DNA of 64,000 nucleotides from Spongiibacteraceae bacterium (lineage in GTDB: Bacteria; Pseudomonadota; Gammaproteobacteria; Pseudomonadales; Dasaniaceae): contig JANQLG010000012.1 of the NCBI GenBank assembly GCA_028280715.1, positions 62,211 to 126,210 on the forward strand, in the 5' to 3' direction. The position numbers and the translations under genes were made by a program. Every line of letters begins with the position of its first letter. Within the stretch, counting starts at the first letter, position 1. The notes beneath the pieces are model-generated. The model searched no databases, had not been told where the DNA came from, and saw nothing but the letters and a program-made list of their open reading frames with translations. Of the stretch, positions 28,979 to 37,521 are shown in pieces.

Positions 28979-29062
28979 TGGTGGGGAGGGAGTCGAACCC
29001 CCAAAGCTTTCGCGACGCGTTTACAGCGCGCTAGAGTTGCCACATCTCTTCTGTGCCTCCCC
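28979..29062 (-). tRNA. tRNA-Tyr (anticodon GTA), class II with long variable arm
   Basis: Anticodon loop CUGUAAA is identical to E. coli tRNA-Tyr. 3' end is ...UUCGACU-CCCUCCCC-A-CCA. The T-arm/acceptor register could not be resolved cleanly by eye. Confidence 0.55.
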
Positions 29063-29068
29063 GCTATT

Positions 29069-29143
29069 TGGCTGGCCTGGTAGGGGTCGAACCTACGATT
29101 CTCCGGTTAACAGCCGGACGCTTTACCACTCAGCTACAGACCA
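29069..29143 (-). tRNA. tRNA-Asn (anticodon GTT)
   Basis: UGGUCUG.../CAGGCCA-G-CCA. Anticodon arm UCCGG-CUGUUAA-CCGGA. T-arm GUAGG-UUCGACC-CCUAC. U1-A72 is normal for tRNA-Asn. Confidence 0.8.
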
Positions 29144-29235
29144 ACAATTTTTAAGCGACCACATTGTTAAAAAACAGCTACCGTGTTGGCGGGTAGCGCA
29201 CCATGTCATTCAAAAAAATTCTACCGTAAAAAAAC

Positions 29236-29269
29236 AAAACCCCGGCTGGGTTCACCAACCGGGGTTTTT
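29236..29269. terminator. Bidirectional rho-independent terminator between rtcA and the tRNA array
   Basis: AAAACCCCGGCTGG-GTTCA-CCAACCGGGGTTTTT. GC-rich 9-10 bp stem flanked by A/T runs on both sides. Confidence 0.6.
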
Positions 29270-29506
29270 GATTACAAACTCCACTCCGGTTGGCACTAGC
29301 CTCCCGGAATTTCCAAAAGACTAGATTTTCGTTTTTTCACCTACAGACATCACTAGGTGACTTACATTTTTATTAGGCAGACTTTGCCCCTGCTTGCGAC
29401 ACTGCAAACATAAAAACCTTTCATTTATTGACAAATCTTTTGTCGTTTTCCTAAATAAATGGCATATCAAATTAACGATTACCTCTACGCAAAAATTTAC
29501 AGACAT

Positions 29507-29550
29507 AAAAAAACCCGATAGATATTTTTCAAAAATACCTACCGGGTTTT
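29507..29550. terminator. Second hairpin with flanking A/T runs (possible terminator)
   Basis: AAAAAAACCCGATAG...CTACCGGGTTTT. Imperfect stem with a large loop. Confidence 0.3.
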
Positions 29551-29859
29551 AAACTTGTTTAAAGCTATTCAACCTGGAAGGCATAAGTGCCTTCCAAAAA
29601 GAAAGACACTGCTACCGATTATTCTCCACATGCGTGAGTGGGTTAATAACCATACGAATGCTATAACAGCACTGCATTAGGTTTTGTTGACCAAAAAATT
29701 TACTCATTACTTTTACTATTCGTTTTGCTTTATTTAAATCTTAATGAAAAATTAAAAAATTATTTCCATCAATTTAGTTGCAGCAATAATAGTATTCAAA
29801 ATTTCAAAGTCAACAAATTATTTATGAAAATATATACTTTATTAAAAAATTTATATTTT

Positions 29860-30885
29860 CTAAACACAAACCTCCCATACACCTTTTTCAATTTCACTCA
29901 ATTGAATATCAATATTCATTAACTGACTTATAATACTAATGTTAGTTAACAGGTGTTGACTTGGTTTTAGCGTTCGAAAAATACCACCCACACCCAATAC
30001 CATTGGCAACAACAACTGATCTGCCAGATATTCTCCTACACTAACATCAACTTTAAGGTAGCGTTTTACTTCTCGAATCGCCTTTTTTGCCACTCGCTCA
30101 GCACTAACACCATGCTCACCTACAACTTCTACCACTTCACTGACGTTTTCACTACACAAACGCAGTGAGAGAATATTGCCAGGACCTTGAGAACGTACAA
30201 GCTGTTGCTTAAGTGTCGACGCTGGCCACAACCCAATACGCCTAACTTGATCAAGTTCTCGTTCAGTAATATGCTCTGGTAAACACGCCGAAGTCGCAAC
30301 GGCTAAACGTGAAACTTCACGGCCACGTTCAACCAAATTTAGCCTTGTGGTTTTCTGCACTGGATAAATTCTTACACGCCAGGCACCACCGCCAGCAGGA
30401 TAAAAACCATAACGTTGTAACTCGACATCAGCCCGATAGCCCATTTGTGCAATAGCTGGCAAAAAACACTCAGCAATAAAATCAAAGCTAGGCGCAAATC
30501 CGTTATGTGTGCCACCTTCGAGATAAATTTCACTCACCTCTTTAGCGAATAACAGTGGCATATATACTGTTTGGAAAACCAAACTGGTACTGCCAGCTGA
30601 ACCCACTGAGAATCGGTATTCTCCAGCTTTAATCATCCCTGGCCTAAAAGTAACTTCCCTAGAACCCAATTCATCACCGGTTATTTCTGCATCGCAAATC
30701 ATTTGCGCAGCTCGTAGGCAAGTTAAGTGCTGCCGCAGCAAACCAGGCTTGGAACGACCTGCACGAATATTTTGTATTCGCACCGATTTTCCTAAACACA
30801 TTGCCAGGGTCAATGACGTTCGAAATATCTGTCCGCCACCCTCTCCTAATGAACCATCTATTACAATCACACTATTTTTCCTCAT
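29860..30885 (-). CDS. rtcA: RNA 3'-terminal phosphate cyclase
   Basis: Collinear with E. coli RtcA (IDGSLGEGGGQIFRTSLTLA...RAGRSKPGLLRQHL...FYPAGGG...GEYLADQLLLPM). Start taken at the ATG at 30885 (MRKNSV). The ORF-track TTG extension translates the upstream tRNA-like element. Confidence 0.9.
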   Translation of the reverse strand: MRKNSVIVIDGSLGEGGGQIFRTSLTLAMCLGKSVRIQNIRAGRSKPGLLRQHLTCLRAAQMICDAEITGDELGSREVTFRPGMIKAGEYRFSVGSAGSTSLVFQTVYMPLLFAKEVSEIYLEGGTHNGFAPSFDFIAECFLPAIAQMGYRADVELQRYGFYPAGGGAWRVRIYPVQKTTRLNLVERGREVSRLAVATSACLPEHITERELDQVRRIGLWPASTLKQQLVRSQGPGNILSLRLCSENVSEVVEVVGEHGVSAERVAKKAIREVKRYLKVDVSVGEYLADQLLLPMVLGVGGIFRTLKPSQHLLTNISIISQLMNIDIQLSEIEKGVWEVCV

Positions 30886-31177
30886 GTTTATTTGGTGGAC
30901 GTGACGGGATTCGAACCCGCGTATAACAACAACCAAGGCATTACTCTTGGTCAGTCATAGACTTGGAAACGCGCGCCAGCTGACACCCGCATTAGAGCAT
31001 CGAGCCTGCATCCTCAACCGTACATCTATCACTGATTACGTTGCCACCAGTTTTACCCGGCTACCTTCATGCTAATCATTTTAGGTAGTGACACTCCCTA
31101 CGCATCAGCACACCCTATAATCTCAAACAAATAGTGCCGTCCCTTGGCACTATCCCTTGGTACAATGAAACATCCCT
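30886..31177 (-). ncRNA. Candidate structured ncRNA in the rtcB-rtcA spacer, ending in a tRNA-like T-arm/acceptor/ACCA module (Y-RNA/YrlA-like?)
   Basis: The 292 nt between rtcB stop and rtcA start has no convincing ORF. The minus-strand 3' end reads ...GCGGG-UUCGAAU-CCCGU-CACGUCC-A-CCA and sits immediately before the rtcA ATG. An anticodon-like hairpin ACCAAG-AGUAAUGC-CUUGGU lies just upstream. A distal GGGUGUG (about 230 nt upstream) could pair with the CACGUCC acceptor strand. Confidence 0.35.
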
Positions 31178-32404
31178 TTACCCTTTTACACACACCACTT
31201 GTTTTAAGGTGTACACGATTTCCACTAAATCCTGTTGCGCCTCCATCACTTTATCGATGGGCTTGTACGCAGCCGGTGTTTCATCAATCACACCTTTGTC
31301 TTTTCGGCACTCAACATCCGCTGTTGCCTGAAGGTGCTCTTCCAAAGACACCATTTTTTTTGCTTTAGTGCGCGACATCACGCGACCTGCACCATGGCTA
31401 CAACTACAGAAGCTTTCTTCGTTGCCAAGTCCGCGAACAATGTAAGACCGAGCTCCCATGCTTCCGGGGATAATACCCATTTCACCTTCGCGAGCGCGTA
31501 CCGCACCTTTGCGTGTAACCAACACATCTTTTCCATAGTGGTGCTCGCGAGACACATAATTATGATGACAGTTCACCGCTTCCATCCGCGCCTCAAAGAT
31601 CATCCCTAATTCTTCGGTAACCGCTGCGATAACACGAGCCATCATTACTTCTCGGTTAATACGTGCAAAATTTTGTGCCCATTCCACCGCTTCGACATAC
31701 TCATCAAAATGTTCAGTACCTTCTGGCAAGTAAGACAGGTCACTATCAGGCAAATGAATATGCCAACGCTCCATATCTTTCTTAGCCACTTCAATAAAGT
31801 GCGTACCAATGCAGTTACCAACACCACGTGAGCCGCTATGCAACATAAACCATACTCGACCATACTCATCCAAACACACTTCGATAAAGTGGTTGCCAGT
31901 ACCTAAAGTACCCAGATGGTTAATGTTGTTGGTATTTTTCAATACCGGATGTTTATCTACTAACACATCAAATTGTGCTGACAGCGGCATCCAGGCTTTC
32001 ATCACATCATCAGGGACATTACACCACGCACCTTTATCCCGCTTACCGCGCAAACGCCTTGAACGACCATGCGGTACTGCTTTTTCAATCGCATCACGAA
32101 TACCGGCCAAGCTATCAGGCAACTGCTCCGCGGTCAGGCTGGTTCGCACCGCCATCATCCCGCAGCCGATATCTACTCCAACGGCTGCAGGAATCACCGC
32201 ACCTAATGTAGGAACGACGCTGCCAATTGTTGCACCCTTGCCAAGGTGGACATCCGGCATTGCCGCCACCCATTGATGAATAAAGGGCATTCGCGAAATA
32301 TTCTTTAATTGCTCTTTAGCATCTTCTTCAAAAGGAACGCCTCGGGTCCAAGTTTTGATAGGTACACCACCGTCTTGCATTACTTCATAGCGCTCTTGAG
32401 TCAT
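31178..32404 (-). CDS. rtcB: RNA-splicing ligase RtcB
   Basis: 408 aa with canonical RtcB motifs (MPDVHLGKG, GTGNHFIE, CHHNY, SCSHGAGR). Divergent from rtcR. Confidence 0.95.
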   Translation of the reverse strand: MTQERYEVMQDGGVPIKTWTRGVPFEEDAKEQLKNISRMPFIHQWVAAMPDVHLGKGATIGSVVPTLGAVIPAAVGVDIGCGMMAVRTSLTAEQLPDSLAGIRDAIEKAVPHGRSRRLRGKRDKGAWCNVPDDVMKAWMPLSAQFDVLVDKHPVLKNTNNINHLGTLGTGNHFIEVCLDEYGRVWFMLHSGSRGVGNCIGTHFIEVAKKDMERWHIHLPDSDLSYLPEGTEHFDEYVEAVEWAQNFARINREVMMARVIAAVTEELGMIFEARMEAVNCHHNYVSREHHYGKDVLVTRKGAVRAREGEMGIIPGSMGARSYIVRGLGNEESFCSCSHGAGRVMSRTKAKKMVSLEEHLQATADVECRKDKGVIDETPAAYKPIDKVMEAQQDLVEIVYTLKQVVCVKG

Positions 32405-32469
32405 TGCCTTGTCCTTTAAGTACTGAGTACTTATTAATAATTTTTATCCCATCTCTTTGCCTATGAGTA

Positions 32470-32486
32470 TTGCGAAGGCAGTGCCA
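32470..32486 (-). promoter_or_regulatory. Sigma54-type promoter (-24 TGGCAC, -12 TCGCA) upstream of rtcB
   Basis: The minus strand reads TGGCAC-TGCCT-TCGCAA about 65 nt upstream of the rtcB start. Matches the GG-N10-GC consensus expected for RtcR-dependent rtcBA transcription. Confidence 0.5.
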
Positions 32487-32631
32487 ACATTCTTAAAAAG
32501 GTAGAAAATATTTTTATCTTATTGTTTTTAAAGGTTTTATTTTTAGCAGAGTAAAAATTCAAGAAGTTTATCATTCGATTGAATGTATATTTTTATATCT
32601 ATTTTGATATCTATATATTATATTTGATAGC

Positions 32632-34224
32632 ATGAAAACCGTAGCGATCAGCATTCTAGGTACCACTATGGACCGTCGTGGTAAGGGCGAAAAACGCTGG
32701 GACAAATGGCGCCCCACCATTTCCATGTGCCAACACGATGACCTATTGATTGATCGTCTGGAACTGCTATTCGACAACCACTCGCAGAGCCTGGCTGAGC
32801 AAGTCAAAGAGGATATCGCCCGCGTCTCTCCAGAAACCGAAGTGATTTATCACCACGTCAACTTTCATGACCCCTGGGATTTTGAAACGGTCTATGGCGA
32901 ATTGCTCGACTTTGCACGAGGCTATTCTTTTAAACCAAGTAAAGAGCGCTACCTAACACACATCACAACCGGCACCCACGTTGCTCAAATCTGCTTGTAT
33001 CTGTTGACCGAAGCTGGCTACCTGCCAGGCCAATTAATCCAAACATCCCCGGCACCTAGAAACAGTAATGTAGCAGGCCAATATCAAATTATTGATCTGG
33101 ACTTATCCAAGTACGATCAAATTGCGTCGCGCTTTAAAAAGGAGCACTTTGAAGGCACCACTTACTTAAAGGGAGGAATAAAAACCAATAACAAAGCCTT
33201 TAACCAAATGATCGAGCAATTGGAGCAGGTATCGATTCGCTCAAGTGAGCCGATTCTTTTAACTGGCCCCACCGGCGCCGGCAAATCACAACTGGCCCAA
33301 CGGATTTATTCACTAAAAAAACAGCGCGGCCTAATCAGCGGTAATTTGGTCGTCGTCAACTGTGCGACCTTAAAAGGTGAGAATGCCATGTCTGCGTTAT
33401 TTGGCCATAAGAAAGGCGCCTTTACCGGTGCAACAACCGATAGAGCAGGCCTGCTTCGCGAAGCCGATGGCGGCATGTTATTTCTGGATGAAATTGGAGA
33501 ACTTGGTACGGACGAGCAAGCCATGCTGCTACGCGCAATAGAAGATAAAAAATTTATGCCATTCGGCGCTGACAAAGAAACCACCAGCAATTTCTTATTA
33601 ATCGCTGGTACTAATCGCGATTTGAGCGGTCAAGCTCAACGGGGAGAATTCCGCGAGGATTTACACGCCCGCATTGATTTGTGGACCTATCGACTACCTT
33701 CACTTTCAGAAAGGATGGAGGACTTCGAACCAAATCTCGATTATGAACTGGAGAATTACTCCACCAAAACCGGTTATCTCATCAGCTTTAACAAAGATGC
33801 CAGAAAAAAATACCTGCAGTTCGCAACATCGACAGAAGCCACATGGTCAGCCAATTTTCGGGACCTCAATGCCAGCATTACACGCATGGCAACCCTGGCC
33901 AATGGCGGTAGGATTACTGTAAGCGTCGTTAATGAAGAAATTGACCGACTGCAACACAAGTGGCAATCGACAAGCAATAAAAGCCACACCAATGACACAA
34001 CATTACTCAAATCCATTCTCGGTGAAAACAAGATTAAGTCACTGGACTTATACGAGCAGATGACACTAGCACCGGTATTAAAAATTTGTCAAAGCGCCAA
34101 CTCTATGGCCGAAGCAGGAAGAATCCTCTTCAATGTGAGCCGGGAGCAGAAAAAATCCAATAACGACTCACATCGGATAAAACAGATCCTGGATAAACAC
34201 CAGATTAAGTTTGGCGACCTATGA
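32632..34224 (+). CDS. rtcR: Sigma54-dependent transcriptional activator RtcR (CARF-AAA+-HTH)
   Basis: N-terminus collinear with E. coli RtcR (KTVAISILGTTMDRRGKGEKRWDKWRPT...HITTGTHVAQICLYLL). Central AAA+ sigma54-interaction domain (LLTGPTGAGKS...GAFTGA...LFLDEIGEL). Confidence 0.9.
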   Translation: MKTVAISILGTTMDRRGKGEKRWDKWRPTISMCQHDDLLIDRLELLFDNHSQSLAEQVKEDIARVSPETEVIYHHVNFHDPWDFETVYGELLDFARGYSFKPSKERYLTHITTGTHVAQICLYLLTEAGYLPGQLIQTSPAPRNSNVAGQYQIIDLDLSKYDQIASRFKKEHFEGTTYLKGGIKTNNKAFNQMIEQLEQVSIRSSEPILLTGPTGAGKSQLAQRIYSLKKQRGLISGNLVVVNCATLKGENAMSALFGHKKGAFTGATTDRAGLLREADGGMLFLDEIGELGTDEQAMLLRAIEDKKFMPFGADKETTSNFLLIAGTNRDLSGQAQRGEFREDLHARIDLWTYRLPSLSERMEDFEPNLDYELENYSTKTGYLISFNKDARKKYLQFATSTEATWSANFRDLNASITRMATLANGGRITVSVVNEEIDRLQHKWQSTSNKSHTNDTTLLKSILGENKIKSLDLYEQMTLAPVLKICQSANSMAEAGRILFNVSREQKKSNNDSHRIKQILDKHQIKFGDL

Positions 34225-34980
34225 AGCACCAAAACCTTCCACGACAGACTTCCATAACACTTCAAACTCCATAGTGAACGCCTTGTAGCTGGCCGTTTCA
34301 GATTTTAAACGCGCCTCCTCTATAGCGTCATTAGAATTCCATATGGTGTGACGCTGCTCTTCTTTTTCAGTTATTTCCGCTACTCCGTAAACAAACCCTG
34401 TTCGAACATCAATCAAAGCACCAGAAGTTGTTGAAGAAACGTAGGCTTTTTGGTTGGGAATAAAACCCAGGCTCACCAGTGACAATGGACCAAGCGGCGT
34501 TCCCTCCACATGAAATACCGTTTCAACGGAATAGATCAGCAAAAGATCCGTCTTAAGCCTTGCAGCCGAACGCCTTAGATCTTTCAAAGATGTAAGTTCT
34601 GCGGGCAGCAATAAACGACTCATCGGCGCAATAGCCGAAATCATAGGCAGCCTTGCAAGGCGCGACAAATCCTCATCACTTTCTATATCCCGATTAGTAA
34701 TCACACTATAGCGCCCTGAACCATAACCATGATTGGTCTTAGTGAAATACCCCGACGCCTGAACCCGAATAACCGCAAGCCTGGCCGGAAAACCACTGGC
34801 AGGCTCAACATTCATAAGGTCTGCAATATCCTCATCGGTTAATGCTGTAATATTGACTCCACCAGCAGGCGTTGTGTAGGTAGCCGCACAGCCCTGAAGA
34901 ACTAATAGGAGAATTACAACACCAATACTCTTACTCTTGGCAAACCTGAATACAGATAAATAAATTGCTATACAATTCAT
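34219..34980 (-). CDS. Lipoprotein, hypothetical
   Basis: Lipobox LLLVLQGC. No family recognised. Confidence 0.45.
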   Translation of the reverse strand: MNCIAIYLSVFRFAKSKSIGVVILLLVLQGCAATYTTPAGGVNITALTDEDIADLMNVEPASGFPARLAVIRVQASGYFTKTNHGYGSGRYSVITNRDIESDEDLSRLARLPMISAIAPMSRLLLPAELTSLKDLRRSAARLKTDLLLIYSVETVFHVEGTPLGPLSLVSLGFIPNQKAYVSSTTSGALIDVRTGFVYGVAEITEKEEQRHTIWNSNDAIEEARLKSETASYKAFTMEFEVLWKSVVEGFGAS

Positions 34981-35061
34981 GACTAACTCCCTGGAATGGT
35001 TAAATATACTGTCAGTCTAGAGTTAGCATGATTTTGGCAATAGCGTCAGTTAAGCCGTAAA

Positions 35062-35991
35062 ATGGTCTTCACAGATAAAAATAATTGTGTTATGGCAAAC
35101 CTATACAGCAAAATTCATCGTTTAAAAGCTCAAGGGTGGACATGGGATAAATTTCTTCAGGAAATTGAAAAACACTACCCAGCCGGGTTAGAAGAAAAAA
35201 CACTTAAAGCTCATTTTAAACAGCCGCACCGAAAAGCGTCTAACCATGTAACCCAAGCTATAGAAACGGTCCACAATATATATTTTCCTTCACCCTTCCC
35301 TGAAGATATTGAAGCTTTAGTGCGAATCTATAATCGATTGTTAAAAAATACCTCTCACGCGCCCACCGATGAAAACATTAATGATCTATCTCTGTTTATA
35401 TCCGGCGAACTAAAACAATCGCGAAACCAAAATTTACTTCGCGATGTTCGTTTACATTGGTTAAAGGCTAATATTTATTTCGACCAGCTACCCAACTTGC
35501 GCCAATCAGGCAACAAGGCATTATTACTGGAAACTAAAAACACCGCTATTAAACACTACTATCTCGCGATAGAATTGATCAACCATCACAACGCTACTCA
35601 AAACCCTCCTAGCGTAAGTGAGTTTGTTTTATATAAACTGCAACAGAATATCTTAGCTTGTCATCTGAACTCAGTAGTGCCAGACAAACGCCTTACAGAT
35701 AAAGCTGTTTTAAACCATTTAAAGGAATCTGATTTTTTCCTACAGAGTAAAACCGTTCTAGAACAGGAACCGTTTCAGTGGGTGGTCGCAAGAAATGGAT
35801 TGCGCTTTAGCTCTATCACTAAAAATAAGGATGATTGCCAGTGGTTCTTTAACGCGCTTATCAAATCCAATAAACATTTTGAAGATTTAAACTATAGTCC
35901 TGTAGGCTATCCAGCAATCATTAACAGCATGGAATTTGATTGGGCTATTGAACATATTTTAAATGATAAAAATAGAATCCAAGACGAGTAA
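35062..35991 (+). CDS. Hypothetical protein (309 aa)
   Basis: Long ORF with helical-repeat-like composition. No motif recognised. Confidence 0.4.
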   Translation: MVFTDKNNCVMANLYSKIHRLKAQGWTWDKFLQEIEKHYPAGLEEKTLKAHFKQPHRKASNHVTQAIETVHNIYFPSPFPEDIEALVRIYNRLLKNTSHAPTDENINDLSLFISGELKQSRNQNLLRDVRLHWLKANIYFDQLPNLRQSGNKALLLETKNTAIKHYYLAIELINHHNATQNPPSVSEFVLYKLQQNILACHLNSVVPDKRLTDKAVLNHLKESDFFLQSKTVLEQEPFQWVVARNGLRFSSITKNKDDCQWFFNALIKSNKHFEDLNYSPVGYPAIINSMEFDWAIEHILNDKNRIQDE

Positions 35992-36008
35992 ATATATGGG
36001 AGATAACA

Positions 36009-36194
36009 ATGACATATAAGTTAAAGCGAACACTTTTAGCCCTATCAATCATCGCTTTACTCATATCAGGCTGCTCGACAAGTAATTATCATATTGATTG
36101 TGATATATCCTCAACGCCAGAGAATAATGAACTGTGCTCACCCGCTTCAGAGCAGAAAAAAAATGATGAAGATGATATGGAGAGAATGGATTAA
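36009..36194 (+). CDS. Small lipoprotein (61 aa)
   Basis: Signal plus lipobox LLISGCS, acidic C-terminus. Confidence 0.35.
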   Translation: MTYKLKRTLLALSIIALLISGCSTSNYHIDCDISSTPENNELCSPASEQKKNDEDDMERMD

Positions 36195-36199
36195 GCAAC

Positions 36200-36868
36200 T
36201 CATATCCAGGTTATACCATCAGGCAAGACATAATCACTGTACTCAACATGCAAGACTCTTCTATATGAAGCATCATTAGACTTACTCGATGCATGCAACA
36301 GATGCGGTCGCATCGCTAAAGCGGAACCGGCTCTTCCTGTAATATGATCTGCCTTATGAGACTGCACATAACGATTAATGCGCTCTTGCGTCATTTTCTC
36401 ATCTTGATGACTACCGGGAATAACCTTTAAACACCCGTTTTCTTTTGTTACCTCATCAAGATGAATTCTAAAGGTCACCATGCGATTAAGTACATCAATG
36501 GTTGGCTGCACATGATGAATACCATCCTTAACACTCCATGGCCCCCAGCCAGTCATTTCAAACTGATCAGATACAGCGATGGTTTTATCCTGATGCCAAG
36601 TTACAAGCCAATTATTGTCAGGGGATTTTATAAAGAGTATTGCTCTAACCAGATTCGGAGTTCCCGACAAATAATAACCCACCTTCTTAAGGACACAATC
36701 CGAATATACTAATTCCTTAACAGACTCGAGTTTCTTTTCAGCATTTCGTAACCCACCCACTCGTCCGGGCTCTATTGCCAATTCATCTAATTCGGATAAA
36801 ACCTTATCTATAGATTTAGCAGTTAGAAAACCATCAATTAATTCAAAACCCACTTCTGAAAAAGACAT
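36200..36868 (-). CDS. Phytanoyl-CoA dioxygenase (PhyH)-family Fe(II)/2OG oxygenase
   Basis: 222 aa with an HxD...H-like arrangement typical of the PhyH family. Assignment by recollection. Confidence 0.5.
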   Translation of the reverse strand: MSFSEVGFELIDGFLTAKSIDKVLSELDELAIEPGRVGGLRNAEKKLESVKELVYSDCVLKKVGYYLSGTPNLVRAILFIKSPDNNWLVTWHQDKTIAVSDQFEMTGWGPWSVKDGIHHVQPTIDVLNRMVTFRIHLDEVTKENGCLKVIPGSHQDEKMTQERINRYVQSHKADHITGRAGSALAMRPHLLHASSKSNDASYRRVLHVEYSDYVLPDGITWI

Positions 36869-37450
36869 CTATTGATACCTATAATGCCCTGTGATCCGAT
36901 AGCTAAACAACATATCCTCCAATTTAGGGCCTGCACCAATATTATGAACAATCATAGGATTACCTGAATCAGGATGGAATTTATCTGTCACAATACCTAT
37001 GTGTGGCAAATTACCCGGCAACATCCAGGTAACAATATCGCCTGCCTTATAGTCAGAAGACTTTGAAGAAACTGGCAGCGCAACACCCTTTCTTGAAAAA
37101 AATGTTTGTAAATTTGGCACTCTGCGATGATCGATATTTTTATCCGGTTTAGATAAGCCCCAGATTCTTTTTGATGGATATTGATCGAAGCTTTCTGCAA
37201 TATCTTCATGAACTAGTTTTTGAAGATCTATATTGAGCGCCCGATAGCTGCGAATCACAACATCTGTACAGACTCCGATATTCTCTGGCACATCACCACC
37301 AGGATAGCCTATGGAATAATAAGCTCCGTTATATTCAATGTCATATTTAGTACGCTCCAAAGCGGCAAGCACAAGACTATCTTCAAAAGTTTCAGCCTGA
37401 GCTTTGGAAGTCACTATCAATAAAAACAATATTAAACGGACTAAACTCAT
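36869..37450 (-). CDS. Secreted DUF1287-like protein
   Basis: Signal peptide (LILFLLIVTSKAQA). Stop/start overlap with the PhyH-like gene. Confidence 0.45.
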   Translation of the reverse strand: MSLVRLILFLLIVTSKAQAETFEDSLVLAALERTKYDIEYNGAYYSIGYPGGDVPENIGVCTDVVIRSYRALNIDLQKLVHEDIAESFDQYPSKRIWGLSKPDKNIDHRRVPNLQTFFSRKGVALPVSSKSSDYKAGDIVTWMLPGNLPHIGIVTDKFHPDSGNPMIVHNIGAGPKLEDMLFSYRITGHYRYQ

Positions 37451-37521
37451 ATCATTTATTCTTTAAACACGTCTAGTATCAATTCCTTGAAATTAGTAAC
37501 TCAACCGGTCGCATAAGATAA

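Noticed and set aside
28979-29062. Possible tRNA-Sec (long, with long variable arm)
   Set aside because: The anticodon loop reads CUGUAAA (GUA), identical to tRNA-Tyr. There is no UCA anticodon and no selA/selB/selD context.
27400-29200. Possible tRNA-targeted genomic island with attL/attR
   Set aside because: No integrase, excisionase or transposase ORF in the window, and the tRNA-like fragment at 27.49-27.57 kb is not a duplicate of any tRNA 3' end present. Mobility cannot be claimed from this window.
30886-30936. N-terminal extension of rtcA from a TTG start (MVVVIRGFESRHVHQIN)
   Set aside because: The extension is the translation of the tRNA-like T-arm/acceptor element. Alignment with E. 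coli RtcA supports the ATG at 30885 (MRKNSVIVIDG).
30886-34224. Classic rsr-yrlA-rtcBA (Ro60/Y RNA) operon
   Set aside because: No TROVE/Ro60-sized ORF exists anywhere in the window. The tRNA-like spacer RNA is therefore reported only as Y-RNA-like, not as a bona fide YrlA.
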